The position numbers and the translations under genes were made by a program. This document shows, in pieces, positions 24,285-35,620 of a DNA stretch of 64,000 bases. How positions within the stretch are numbered: the stretch's first letter is position 1; each line of letters starts with the position of its first letter. The notes beneath the pieces were generated by a model that did no database searches, was not told the origin of the DNA, and saw only the letters and a list, made by a program, of their open reading frames with translations. This stretch comes from Octopus sinensis (taxonomy: Eukaryota), in NCBI RefSeq assembly GCF_006345805.1, contig NC_043006.1, positions 90,892,001-90,956,000 on the forward strand, written 5' to 3'.

Positions 24285-24795
24285 TGACCACCTTTCAAGC
24301 ATTAGGCCTCACAAAGGTGGGTTCCTTTCGGGCATCGGGTATCATGGAAGCAAAGTGGTTGAGTTGCCTTCGAGAGTTCGGTCTCACAGAGGCAAGTTTC
24401 TTTCAAGTGTTGGGCCTCATGAAGGCGAATTCCTTTTGAGTGTTGGTCCCCACTGAGGCTAAGTGGCAGAGTTCCTTCTGAGTGTTGGGCCTCATGGAGG
24501 CAATGAGTAAGACCTTTGGCATTATGTTGTGCTTGGATAAAAGACCCATCAAGCTGAGCAAAATCGCAGTTGTGGCAGACACCGGTGTCACATAAATGTC
24601 ACCCTTGCTGGTGGCATGTAAAAGCACTCATTACACTCTTGGAGTGGTTGGCATTAGGAAGAGCATCCAGCCATAGAAACCATGCCAAGTCAGACTGGAG
24701 TCTGGTGCAGCCTTCGAGCTTACTAGCCCTGATCAAACTATCCAGCCCATGCCAGCATAAACAACGGATGTTAAATGATGATGATGTTGATGATA
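24285..24795 (+). mobile_element. RTE 3' UTR fragment with a ~33-bp hairpin array and (GAT)n tail
   Basis: Ends in GCATCCAGCCATAGAAACC..CCCATGCCAGCAT..GATGTTAAA(TGA)n; about six degenerate repeat units at 24290-24503. Confidence 0.75.
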
Positions 24796-24797
24796 TA

Positions 24798-24888
24798 TCA
24801 TCATCATCATCATCATCATCATCGTTTAACGTCTGTTCTCCATGCTAGCATGGGTTGGATGGTTCGACCGGGGATCTGGGAAGCCAGA
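24798..24888 (-). mobile_element. Short RTE 3'-tail copy, tail-to-tail with the preceding copy
   Basis: Plus strand reads (ATC)n-GTTTAACGTCTGTTCTCCATGCTAGCATGGGTTGGA. Confidence 0.8.
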
Positions 24889-24917
24889 AATATATATATA
24901 TATATATATATATATAT

Positions 24918-25380
24918 CATCATCATTTAGCGTCCGTTTTCCATGCTAGCATGGGTTGGACGGTTCAACTGGGGTCTGGGGAGCCCGAAGGCTGCACCAG
25001 GCCAGTCAGATCTGGCAGTGTTTCTACAGCTGGATGCCCTTCCTAACGCCAACCACTCCGAGAGTGTAGTGGGTGATTTTATGTGCCACCGACACAGGTG
25101 CCAGACGAGGCTGGCAGACGGCCATGCTCGGATGGTGTTTTTATGTGCCACCGACACAGGTGCCAGATGAGGCTGGCAAACGGCCATGATCGGATGGTGT
25201 TTGTTACGTGCCCACAGCACGGAGGCCAGTCGATGAGGTACTGGCTACGGCCACGTTCGGATGGTTTTCTTGTGTGCCACCGGCACTGGTACCACAAAGA
25301 TACAAATTCCATTGATGTTCATCTATTTTAATTTGTTTTGATTTGATTCGATTTGATTTTCACTTGCCTCAACAGGTCTT
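24918..25380 (-). mobile_element. RTE 3' UTR fragment with 62-bp tandem units, CpG-rich
   Basis: Same terminus as the other tail copies; ATGTGCCACCGACACAGGTGCCAG recurs at 25081 and 25143. Confidence 0.8.
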
Positions 25381-25809
25381 CACATATATATATATAAATG
25401 TGTGTGTGTGTGATAGAAACATCAATTTTTAGAGTCTGAATATTGTATGTATATGTGTGTGTGTGTGTATACAATATTCAGACTCTGAAAATTGATGTGT
25501 TTGCATGTACAACAGGCACCTGTATATATGCTTATATTTGTATGTTTGCATAAGACAAGCATTTCAGGTCTAAAAAATTGTGAAATTATGAAGCTTATGT
25601 CTGTCACTCTGATCACTGAATACATGGCAGCAAGTTGAAGCCTAACATTGAAATGTTCAGACTGCATTCAGCTGGTGAGAGAATGGCACAAGTATACACA
25701 CAGCTTTAAGAAGGTCACTTGATCAGCAAGAGGATTATGGATTTGTGAAATGCCTAACTTTGAACATTCTGACACCTGTCCTGCAGACATTTTTGAAATC
25801 CTAGTGTAT

Positions 25810-25810
<1 letters not shown>

Positions 25811-25854
<44 letters not shown>

Positions 25855-25880
25855 CACACACACACATACACACACACACA
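25811..25880. repeat. (CA)n microsatellite
   Basis: About 40 bp of uninterrupted (CA)n followed by interrupted CA repeats. Confidence 0.95.
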
Positions 25881-26604
25881 CCACATACAAACACTGCGCA
25901 CAGACTACACATATACACACCACACACATACATACACATGGGCACGGGCATGTCTGTGTGGTTAAGCAGTTTACTTTCCCATGATGTGGTTTCATGCTCA
26001 GTCCCAATCAGTGACACTCTGGGCACCTCTTCTACTATGGCTCTATGGTGAACAAAGCCTTGTGAGTAGATGTGGTTAATCTCTAAAGAAGACCATCATG
26101 CACATATATGTGTTATGTGTGTCGACATTTGTGATTACATTAGAATCAAGTGAGAGGTGGTGATAGGAAAGGCAACTGACTAGAAAATCTACTTCGCAGA
26201 GTTCTGTCAGGCCCATGCAAGCATAGAAGAGTGGACGTTAAAACAATAATGATAATATGTATAGGCACAAGTATGGCTAGGTAGTTAAGTCCACTTTATG
26301 CCATCATGTGGATTCAGGTTTATTTCCAATGTGTGGTATTTTGGTGGGCAGGAACTGAAAGAAACTTGTCCTGCTTGTGTGTTTATGTATGTATTCATAC
26401 CTCCTTTCATTGCGCACTGATCATAATTAGGCAAAATACCATCATATAAGCAGTTTCATTTGTTTTCACTCCTTCATGGAAGCATGTGCCACCATTGAGA
26501 CATTCATGATCAAAGGACGAAAGGAAGTATTACTTCGTTTGGAAACAGATTTCATGTGACCCATACAAGCATGGAAAAGTGGACATTAATACCAGTCCAT
26601 TGGT

Positions 26605-26910
26605 TATGACAATGAGTATTCCATTTAGTTTGATGAATGGAACAGTCTGCCTGTGGAATTAATGTACAAGTGACTGAGCACTCCACAGGTACACGTACCC
26701 TGAATGTAGTTATCAGGTAGACCCATCATGACACACAATGTGACAAAGCTGGCCCTTTGAATTACAAGTACAACATACTTTTACCAGGTGAGTGGACTGG
26801 GATAATGAGAAATAAAATGTCACGCTCAACGACACAGTGTGCCACCAGGAATTGAACTCATGAGTTTATGGTTATGAGCTGAACACCCTAATCAGTAAAC
26901 CACAAGTCTT
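26605..26910 (-). mobile_element. tRNA-derived SINE, family 2
   Basis: Minus-strand head GGTTTACTGATTAGGGTGTTCAGCTC..GAGTTCAATTCCTGG and body GTGGAGTGCTCAGTCACTTGTACATTAATT. A related plus-strand copy is at 55962-56160. Confidence 0.7.
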
Positions 26911-28981
26911 TGATGTCCACAAATGATGGCACTGCTACCCACCAACGGATCCTTATTTTTCGCACATAAACAAGAGATTCTCTGTAATGATAAAAGCAAT
27001 AAATAAACTTTAGTACATGTATTGGGTACTTTTTCCTCTTCTTTATGTACACACACATATAAGGTCTAACAAGTACACATGTAAGGATTTAATTTAGAAA
27101 ATTGGCTGTGAATTCATAATGTAATTAGTTAATTATGAATATTTAGCAATTTGTTTAATATACTTTGTAGCTTCCAATTAGTTGGTTCTAGTAAAGAATA
27201 GAACTTTATTTACTCTGCTGCATTGAAATATAATCAAATATATTTTTTTTTTCAACTGCTTTTTATCCTTTTTATCTTGACAATGAAATGTCTTCCAATT
27301 AAAAATAATGATATGGATTCTGAAAGATAATAGCTGTGTTCCACAAATATGTTGGTCTATTACTCTGATATATGCATTTTATGCCATTATTATATGAAAA
27401 ATCAGTTTGATCTAATTGCCAAAACCAATGGCAATTTTGTAATAACTACAAATTGTTCATGTTTCATAAGTACAAATTGGTATATAATTTGAGTTGAGAT
27501 CAGCATTATGACCGAGTGCTCAAAAATATTCCTGTAACAAAGAATACTGTATTTGATGGCAAAAAGGCACACAGGCATATTAAATGCATTCTGATTCCAG
27601 CAGGGCATATTCAGGATTAAAATTTTTTTTTAATTATAGTTTAAAAATGCATATATCAGTACTGTGTTAAGTGAATATTTATGCACACCACTATGTGTAT
27701 CAGAAGGATAAAGATAAATTTAAAGACAGAATATCTTAAATGTACAGCTATGCAAATTAGTCTAACCATTAGAGCTAAGTTCTGGTTTGTGTTTCATTCA
27801 AATGGTAATTACTATAAGTTCTCTTTGTGGGCAGCAAGATGAGGGACTGATTACTCTCTGATAAGTGGTCATTGAACAATGAAACATGCGAGGTCAGTCT
27901 CTTTTATTCTCCTATCTGAAATTTCACTGTAAGGGCTTTAAAAATTGTAGGTTTTACATGCTATGATGGGATACACACACGTAAAATAAATTATGTTAAT
28001 ATACAAATAAAAAATAATTCTGGTTTCAATATTTTCACTCAAAAGTCACATTTCTGTATTGCTACAAATTTTATTAATACTTCTGGTTTTGCTATAAATG
28101 AAATTTTGGTATTTGGTAGAAAATGTGTTGACAACATTTCAAAATGTTGCTATCTTAGAATCTAATTTGTTTATTTTGCTATACATTTTTTGTATATATT
28201 ATTTAGTAACCTAAAAAAATTTGTTCATGGCTATTTTACAGCCTCTTAAATTGAGATTATATAATCAGTGTGAGCCAGACATTTTAAGTAGCATAGTAGA
28301 TTCTAAACCTTCTATTAGTAATCGCATTTTTATCTCAGAAATTTTTTTTTCCTTGAAATTCCATTCATTGTTTTGAAATTTAATGATATATTTGACACTT
28401 TGACAAATTTTTGTCTATCTGAATAGACAATTTCACATGGCCTTTTATATGGAAGGGATTTCAATGGGTAATTTTCTTTAAAAATATTTGATGTTAGTAA
28501 ATGACCAAAATAACTCTAATGCACGCAGACATGGTCGTGAAATTAAAAATGTTACTTTGCAATCAGATGTTTACAGGTTCAATCTCAACATGAGGTTAGG
28601 CATGTGTATCCATCAACAGATTTTGGTTTATTCTACTAGCTTTGTTAGGGAAAAATAATGTTGGTAAACAAAGTGTCAAGAACCTTGTTGAATGAAAGAC
28701 TCTAGATTTTGGTTGTATATTTTTGTCTGTCATCCAATTTAATACGATTACTTGAATGGCTTTATTAGTTTGTCTGTCCACACATTTGGACTCAATATCC
28801 AATTGAAAGATAATTCAATTGTAGATTCTTAGACCCCCTGTTAAAACTCATTGGTGCTCCTCTTCTTCCTGACTAAGCCATAAAAACAATCCATTGGTTT
28901 ATTTCACATATCTCCAAAATTTGGAACTCACATATTTTTTTTTTCTGTGATGGGATTGAGTTTTCAATGAAACTCTTGAAG

Positions 28982-30245
28982 CATCATCATTTTCCATGCT
29001 GGTATGGGTTGGATGGTTTAACCAGAGCTGGCAGTTAGAGAGCTGTACCAGCCTCCTGTCTGGTTTGGCTTGGTTACAATGGCTGGATGCCCTTCCTAAA
29101 ACCAATCACTTTACATTGTGTGCTGGGTGCTTTTATCGTTGCACCAACACAAGCACATGTAGGCATAAGTGCTTTTTACATGGTACTAGAACATGTTCTT
29201 TTTATGTGGCACTGGTACAGGATTCTTGCAGACCAATCCTCTCCACCAGGGGGAGCAGCCTTAACACTTCTGCTGTGGAGGATTTTACTGAAGCAAAAAT
29301 CTCTGCTGAATTTGACTCCATCCTATTCTTATTCTAGCTATTACATGTATCTTGGTGTTTTGTCATCTCTGGTGAAATGTTCAGTGTCCTGCGGTTGTAC
29401 TTCAGTACTTCATTCCATATCTTCCTGGGTCTCCCTCTTCTACATGTTCCATCCACTTTGAGAGCTGTTGGCATCCATCCACATCACATGACCCAACCAA
29501 TGCAGTTTTCTCTCTTGCACACTGCATCTAATTCCTCTTATGCTTAACTCTTCTCTCAATACACTAACACTCTGTTGTATATGTACACTGACACTGCACA
29601 TCCAGCAGAGCATACTAGCCTCAGTCCTCTCCAGCCTTTGCATGTCCTCTGCAATCGGGGCCCACGTCCCACTACTATGTGTATACATACAATCTTCCTT
29701 TCACTCAAAGAGAAACACCTTTGGTTACCAACAGAAGTAAAAATCTCTCTGAACTTGACTCCATCTTATTCTTATTCTAGCTATTACACTTTCCATACAT
29801 CCTCCCCCACTACTAATTTGGCCCCCAAGGTAGCAGAAATTGTCCAGTACCTCTAAAGAGATTCTGGACATTAAAAAAATCAATTTCCTGAGTATCTGTA
29901 CTTTTTATGGCTCCTGTGCATCTTCCAGATACAAGTATTACTTTATCTGATAACCTTCCTGCTATTCCACTGCACCTTTTGTATGTCCATAGCTTGCACT
30001 GGGTACACTAAATGGAATTCCTGCCTATGTCTTTCCTATAAATTGAACAAACCCACTTCCCTAAAAAGGGTAAGGTCATGTCTATTTTCTTGCTTACTAG
30101 AACCTTAGTCTTTGCTAAGTTAACCTTAAGGTCCTTAGGTTCCAGGTTTTGCTTTCACACCTGGAATTTCTCTTCTAGCTCGGATATAGAATCTGCTATG
30201 AGGACAAGATCATAAGCATCTGGTAGTTCCTAATCTCTGAATTCT
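28982..30245 (-). mobile_element. 5'-truncated RTE-clade LINE (RT C-terminus, PHD-like finger, 3' UTR), pseudogenised
   Basis: Minus frames give DLVLIADSISELEEKFQV*KQNLEPKDLKVNLAKTKVL, GKWVCSIYRK..NSI*CTQCKLWTYKRCSGI..GRC, FCYLG.QISSGGGC, GTWA..EDMQRLERTEASM..LREELSIRGI..QERKLHWLGHV, then the tail ending in (GAT)n. Confidence 0.9.
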
Positions 30246-31049
30246 TCTTCAACATGATTTACATCAAATTTGTTCACACTTTTTGTTATGAGTCTACACC
30301 TCATCAACTATTATTACTTTATTTTAAATTGATACAGACCCAGTCTGAGCAAAATATAGGAAAATCCTTGTCTAAATACTTCTTTCTTCTATCAGCGCAA
30401 GGCTTCCCATCCTAAATAATAGCATTCCATACCTGGGAAAGTTTTTCTCTTGAATAATTTATCTGCAGAAGATTTGTTTTTAATTTTCACTTAATCTGTT
30501 AACATGAATCAAATTACCCTCTTTTTTCCATTTTTTTGAAAAAGAGCTTTATTAGCTATTTAATCCATACTGTCACCATTTGTCTTATTTTGGCAATCTT
30601 TTAGTCAACAAAATATTAAGTTATATTCTAACTACATTTTTCCCATACACATTTTTTTATTCCCTTTTATATATCCACTTTTTGTGTCTACATAAGTTAG
30701 AAGATGTGTAAATTTAAACAACATTTTAGCTTTAAAATAAATATAATTCAATCAGCTATTCATTATCCATGGTAACTAGTTTCCAGCTAGGTTTAAAAGT
30801 AATGTTGCTCTCTGAAGAATTACAATATGTTGTGTTGAAGGCTGGCTTTTGCTTTACAACTTGGTTGACTAATTAGGCAGTCTTGAATTATTATTTTATT
30901 TTATTTTTTTTATGTTTTTGCAAATTTAAAATTTTCTAACATTTCTGTTGCTTGCAACATGCTAATATGAGCATTCATAATAAACATTTCCAGCTAAGTT
31001 ATATATGCTATCATATAATGGGCTCGAGGAATGATTTATAAGACAAAGC

Positions 31050-31483
31050 TTGAAATTAGATAAACTCTACAACATTGTATTCTTTTGAAGCAACAGTAGT
31101 AAAGTTGAAGAACTGAAACCCATTCGGAATTCCTGCCATGAACTGCACATTAAGCCATTCAAATTGTCCAAGTTGTCCTCTTTTCATTCAACCACGAAAT
31201 GTTTATAGCAGCTATGTCTTTGGCCAGCACCCATTTTTCAATAAATAAAGTTAGTCTATTCAACTAGATATAATTTGATTTAATTTTGCATTACTATTAT
31301 AGCTGAAAGGCAAGCAATGATATTTTCATGCATAGTTCCAAGTAAATGAAGAAGTACACAGTGTAATGTTAAAAAGAATCATATCAAGTCTTGCACACAA
31401 CGTATAATAGGTGACTATTGCCATGGATATATTTCACAATATCATCATAACTCCAGTCAAGTGACACCAGACATATTTTCAGG
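31050..31483 (-). pseudogene. Possible ancient hAT transposase relic
   Basis: Fragmentary motifs in hAT order: ENMSG, IYP..(H)..CVQD, KWVLAK, GQFEWLNVQFM. Many stops and frameshifts. Confidence 0.28.
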
Positions 31484-31886
31484 AGAATGAAGATATTAAA
31501 AAGGCAAAAATAATATTTTAATGCACGACTGAAATTTTAGCTTTGCAAATTGGAAGAAAATAGATTTCAGCTGCAATAAGTATACTTAGGCAAAAACAAG
31601 AAAAAGAACCTTAATAAACTGAATGAAAATAGATTTATAATTTAAAACTTATGTATTTAATACTAAACATGTCAGTATAATATCACCTGTTTCCCTGCAA
31701 TGCTACAAATGGAAACAATCATACTTCACCATAGTTTTGACACTGGAAAAGTTGAATGAAAGAGTAAAAAAGTTTAATGACACTGGATTTATTGTCATTT
31801 TGGGTTTTTTTTATATTTTATGCTTATGTAAAGAAAGCCATTATACATACATATATATACATACATACATACATATATATATATAT

Positions 31887-31948
31887 ATACTTTGATAGGT
31901 TTCGGCCATTATTGGCCCAGGCCATGTCTAACTTAATAGCACCACCTG

Positions 31949-31949
<1 letters not shown>
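31887..31949 (-). mobile_element. Second identical copy of the 63-bp mini-element, inside (TA)n
   Basis: Reverse complement equals 13174-13236; (TA)n on both sides. Confidence 0.75.
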
Positions 31950-31982
<33 letters not shown>

Positions 31983-32096
31983 CATACATACGTACATACA
32001 TACATGTATACATACATACATACATACATACATACATACATACATACATACATGCATGCATGCATGCATGCATGCATGCATGCATGTATGTATATA
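31950..32096. repeat. Compound (TA)n/(TACA)n/(TGCA)n microsatellite
   Basis: Seen directly; the (TGCA)n part at about 32051-32086 is self-complementary. Confidence 0.9.
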
Positions 32097-32449
32097 CTGT
32101 GGACAAAGAGGAAATGATGCAGGAATAGAAATCGACAGTTTTGTGTCTCTGGTAAACTCTTGAGGGGAGGGAAACTCCAAAATTTGATCTCTGCTGATTC
32201 TTGTGAGTATAATTTAATTAGGAAAGTCAAAGTAAAGACTCTTTGATATAAAGTAGCTTCCAGTCATTTTACTCTTGCTTGTCAAAAGGTTCATACTTTT
32301 AGGTCAACTTTCCATGCTTTGCATGGATTGGAAAGTTTGACAAGCATCCAATGTTTCTGCTTGGTATGACTTTTACACATGGATGCCCTTCCTTGTGTCA
32401 GCTAGTTTAGAGAATACCAGGTGCTTTTTATTTTAAACATAATACCAGC

Positions 32450-33130
32450 CCTAGTGCGGTGATCTAAAGGATTATGAATGAAAGGATAGAAACGAGAGCG
32501 AGAGTGATGATTTAAGATGAGATGATAAGGGAGGTTTCAAAGTATGATGGGAGGAGCAGATGTGTATTTGTGAGAGTGTGGTTGCAGAAAGAGTAACATG
32601 GTTTATAGTCACTGGGAGAAGAGATTATGTAAGAGAAAGGATAAATGCCTGCTGTTAGTAAGCAAGGTGTCAGGGGTGGTTGGGTGGGTTGCGTAAGGAG
32701 GTGGAGTGCTATTACAGTTATAAGGGCAAGTTTGTGGGGGAAGGGAACATGAAAGAGAGAGAGGTAGGTGAGAGTGGCAATGAAGGTAAGGAGGCATTTC
32801 GGGAATCATTGAAGTAGACCAGAGAGGAAGAAATGAGATAATAATGGGGGCGGGGGAAGGAGGCAGAAAAAAGCTGTTGTGAAAGAGTAAGAGAAAAGAG
32901 AAAGATGGTGGGAGAGTGGAGAGTGGATACAACAAGAGCAGCAACCTTAAGAAAGGCTGGAGGGTAACATAGAGAAGGTAGGAAGGTAGAGGACAAATGT
33001 AGTGAGATTGAGTGAAGCTGGAGGAAGAAAGACTACTATAGAGGAGGGGGTGTGACTGTACTATAGATGATGTAAACAGTGAGAGTATCCTGGATGGGGA
33101 TGATGTAGAGAGAGAGAGGCAGGGGAAAAG
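32450..33130 (-). pseudogene. Decayed APE-type LINE endonuclease relic (CR1/L2/Jockey-like)
   Basis: Minus frames give CYPPAF (YRPP-like), LVYFND (GDFN-like), PTTPDTLLT (PT..LDL-like) and SPSDYK (SDH-like), in APE order. Confidence 0.45.
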
Positions 33131-33382
33131 CAGAAGATGAATCCAGCCAATATCATTCCCCTCATTAGTATTCTAATGTGTGTACATGTCACCAATAGTT
33201 ATGGTCACTTGTCATCTTCAGCCTCGGCATCCGAAACTCTGAGTTTTATTATGACAGCCAACCATTTGTCACATATTATATTTATAGATAAATTCCTCTA
33301 TTTACATAATACTGAGGTCTCATTCATTCTTTTGTTGTTGATGGGTTACTCTATACTTTTGTAGAGTACAAATTTATTATTC

Positions 33383-33725
33383 AAGTAATGACCTTTTGCC
33401 AACATAATGTGACAGTCCCAGGATGGGATGAATGTTACTGTTATTTAGCCCCAGGAAACATCATTTCCAGCTGGCTATACGACACAAAAAATTCTGTAGC
33501 CAATCAAGCTACTCCATGCTGATAAAGGACAATAACCCAGAAACTGGTCCATGGTTGTGAGGTTGTGCTGGGTGGAGATTCTGACCTCCCCTATTTGAAA
33601 ATATAAGGACACAGAATTTTTTGTGTCATATAGCCAGCTGGAAACGATGCTTCCTGGGACTAAATAACAGTAACATTCATCACATCCTGAGACTGCCACA
33701 TTATGTTGGCAATAAGTCATTACTT
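33383..33725. repeat. Fold-back: 115-bp inverted arms (33383-33497 / 33611-33725) with a 113-bp spacer
   Basis: 9 mismatches in 115 bp by manual alignment; no TSD seen. Confidence 0.9.
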
Positions 33726-35237
33726 TATGGTGCTGTTACTGTATATCTTTATTTGAGAGATTTAGAAATAATAATATTTCTAAATTTATTATTCTTTAAC
33801 AAGAATTGTATTGACAGGGACCTTGAAGTTTTAGCCGGCTGAACCATCACTGGATTCTCTGATGATGGCTAGCATGGAAGATGGATGTTAAATGATTATG
33901 ATGATGATGATGATGACGTTTATAGTTTATAGATTAGAGACAGGTATTCTCTGTATAGAATACACTTTGTAGTATTGAAGAGATTTGAACTTGAACAGGT
34001 AGAGGACAAGCAAGTTAGGCAAGTCAATATATACAAAAAATATTAAATACATTTAATATCAAAAAAGGTATATATATAAAAAAAATCTGACTTAGAAATG
34101 ATATCAGGAATTAAAGGGGTTGAATAAGACACACACACACACATTCATTGAGCATGAATTTAGTTTCCCTCCCAGTACCACATATATTTAAAATTATGAT
34201 ATTATCATAGTGTAGAGAGAAGGGGAAAAGATTATGTAAGCTGACTTAAACAAAATTGAGTTAAACATTATCTGCGAAGGTTTCTATTCCATGGATATTG
34301 TGAACACAAATGATCATGATGCCAATTCGTCTAGGTTTCCTAATTTTCAATGAACGTTCACAAACATGCGTTATCGAAAACATTTTGACTTTTGACCACT
34401 TTTACAAGGTCACTTTTCCTTACTTAAGTTAACGATCTCCAATATTGCTCCCAACTGCATTCTGAATCACTAGATCTGTCATTGCTAATTAAAGTTAACT
34501 CATGTTCTCTTACTACTGGAAGTGTATGCAACATTCATTAAATCAAAACTATAAAGCTTCTATATGCCTAGATTTGTTATTAATTTCATTTCCTAACATA
34601 TTTCTAATCAATAAACATTTTGTGCATGTAAAATTAATGTTATTTCAGTATGATTCTCTGAAGAATATTAAAATGAGATCAGCTTTGTGAGCATTTGATT
34701 ATAAGCTTTAATAGAAGGGTTTAATATTGTAGAAAGAATCAATTATGTTGATATATAGTATATGATCTAGCTTAAAATCACATTTACTTGTATACACACT
34801 TTGTCATTGGCATTCTTTCGCATATCTTAAAAGGGAAAATAAGAATATTTTTAGTGTTTAGAAGTTTCTTTGTTCTTATATACAACATTGATATTCTTAA
34901 TCATCTTCAATATTTTTGTTATCTAGCTGACTTTTTCTAGCTTACCTGAGCTTCTTATATTGACAACTATATCTAGATACCATAGCATTATTAGGAAGTT
35001 TGGTGAACCCAGCTAATAGAGATTCAATTTGATTTTTCTTTTCTATCCCTTTGCAATAAAATTACCCTAAAAAAGAAAGTAAAAAAGATTTTAAGGCCCC
35101 CAAGTTATTCATTTAAACACAGATTTTGAAGGGATTACTATACCTTTTTAATTCAGTATCATTTTTATTCATATACATACATATATATAATGTGTGTGTG
35201 TGTGTGTGTATTTACATATATATATATATATATATCT

Positions 35238-35620
35238 CATCATCATCGTTTAGCGTCCACTTTCCATGCTAGCATGGGTTGGACAGTTCAACTGGGGTCT
35301 GGGAAGCCAGAAGGCTGCACCCCGTCCAGTCTGATCTGGCAATGTTTCTAAGGCTTACATATATTTATGTAAATGTGTATATATTTATATATAAACAATA
35401 TGTAGGTGTGTGTATGTAAGTCTGTAAAAGCACCCATGCAGTGCCACGTAAAAGCACCCAGCATACTCTGTAAAGTGGTTGGCGTTAGGAAGGACATCCA
35501 GCTATAGATATCATGCCAAACCAGGCTGGAGTCTGGTGCAGCTCCCCAGCTTGTAATCTCTGGGTGAACTGTCCAACCCATGCTAGCATGGGCAATGGAT
35601 GTTAAATGATGATGATGGTG
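35238..35620. mobile_element. Two RTE 3'-tail copies in inverted (head-to-head) orientation
   Basis: Minus copy at 35238-35350 and plus copy at about 35424-35620; both carry CCATGCTAGCATGG (35264-35277 and 35578-35591). Confidence 0.8.

Noticed and set aside
24290-24503. CRISPR-like repeat array
   Set aside because: Units are contiguous without unique spacers, lie in a LINE 3' UTR, and there are no cas genes in this eukaryotic context.
32660-32900. G-rich runs as a functional G-quadruplex locus
   Set aside because: They are the antisense of a C-rich decayed LINE coding region, and the G-tract spacing is irregular.
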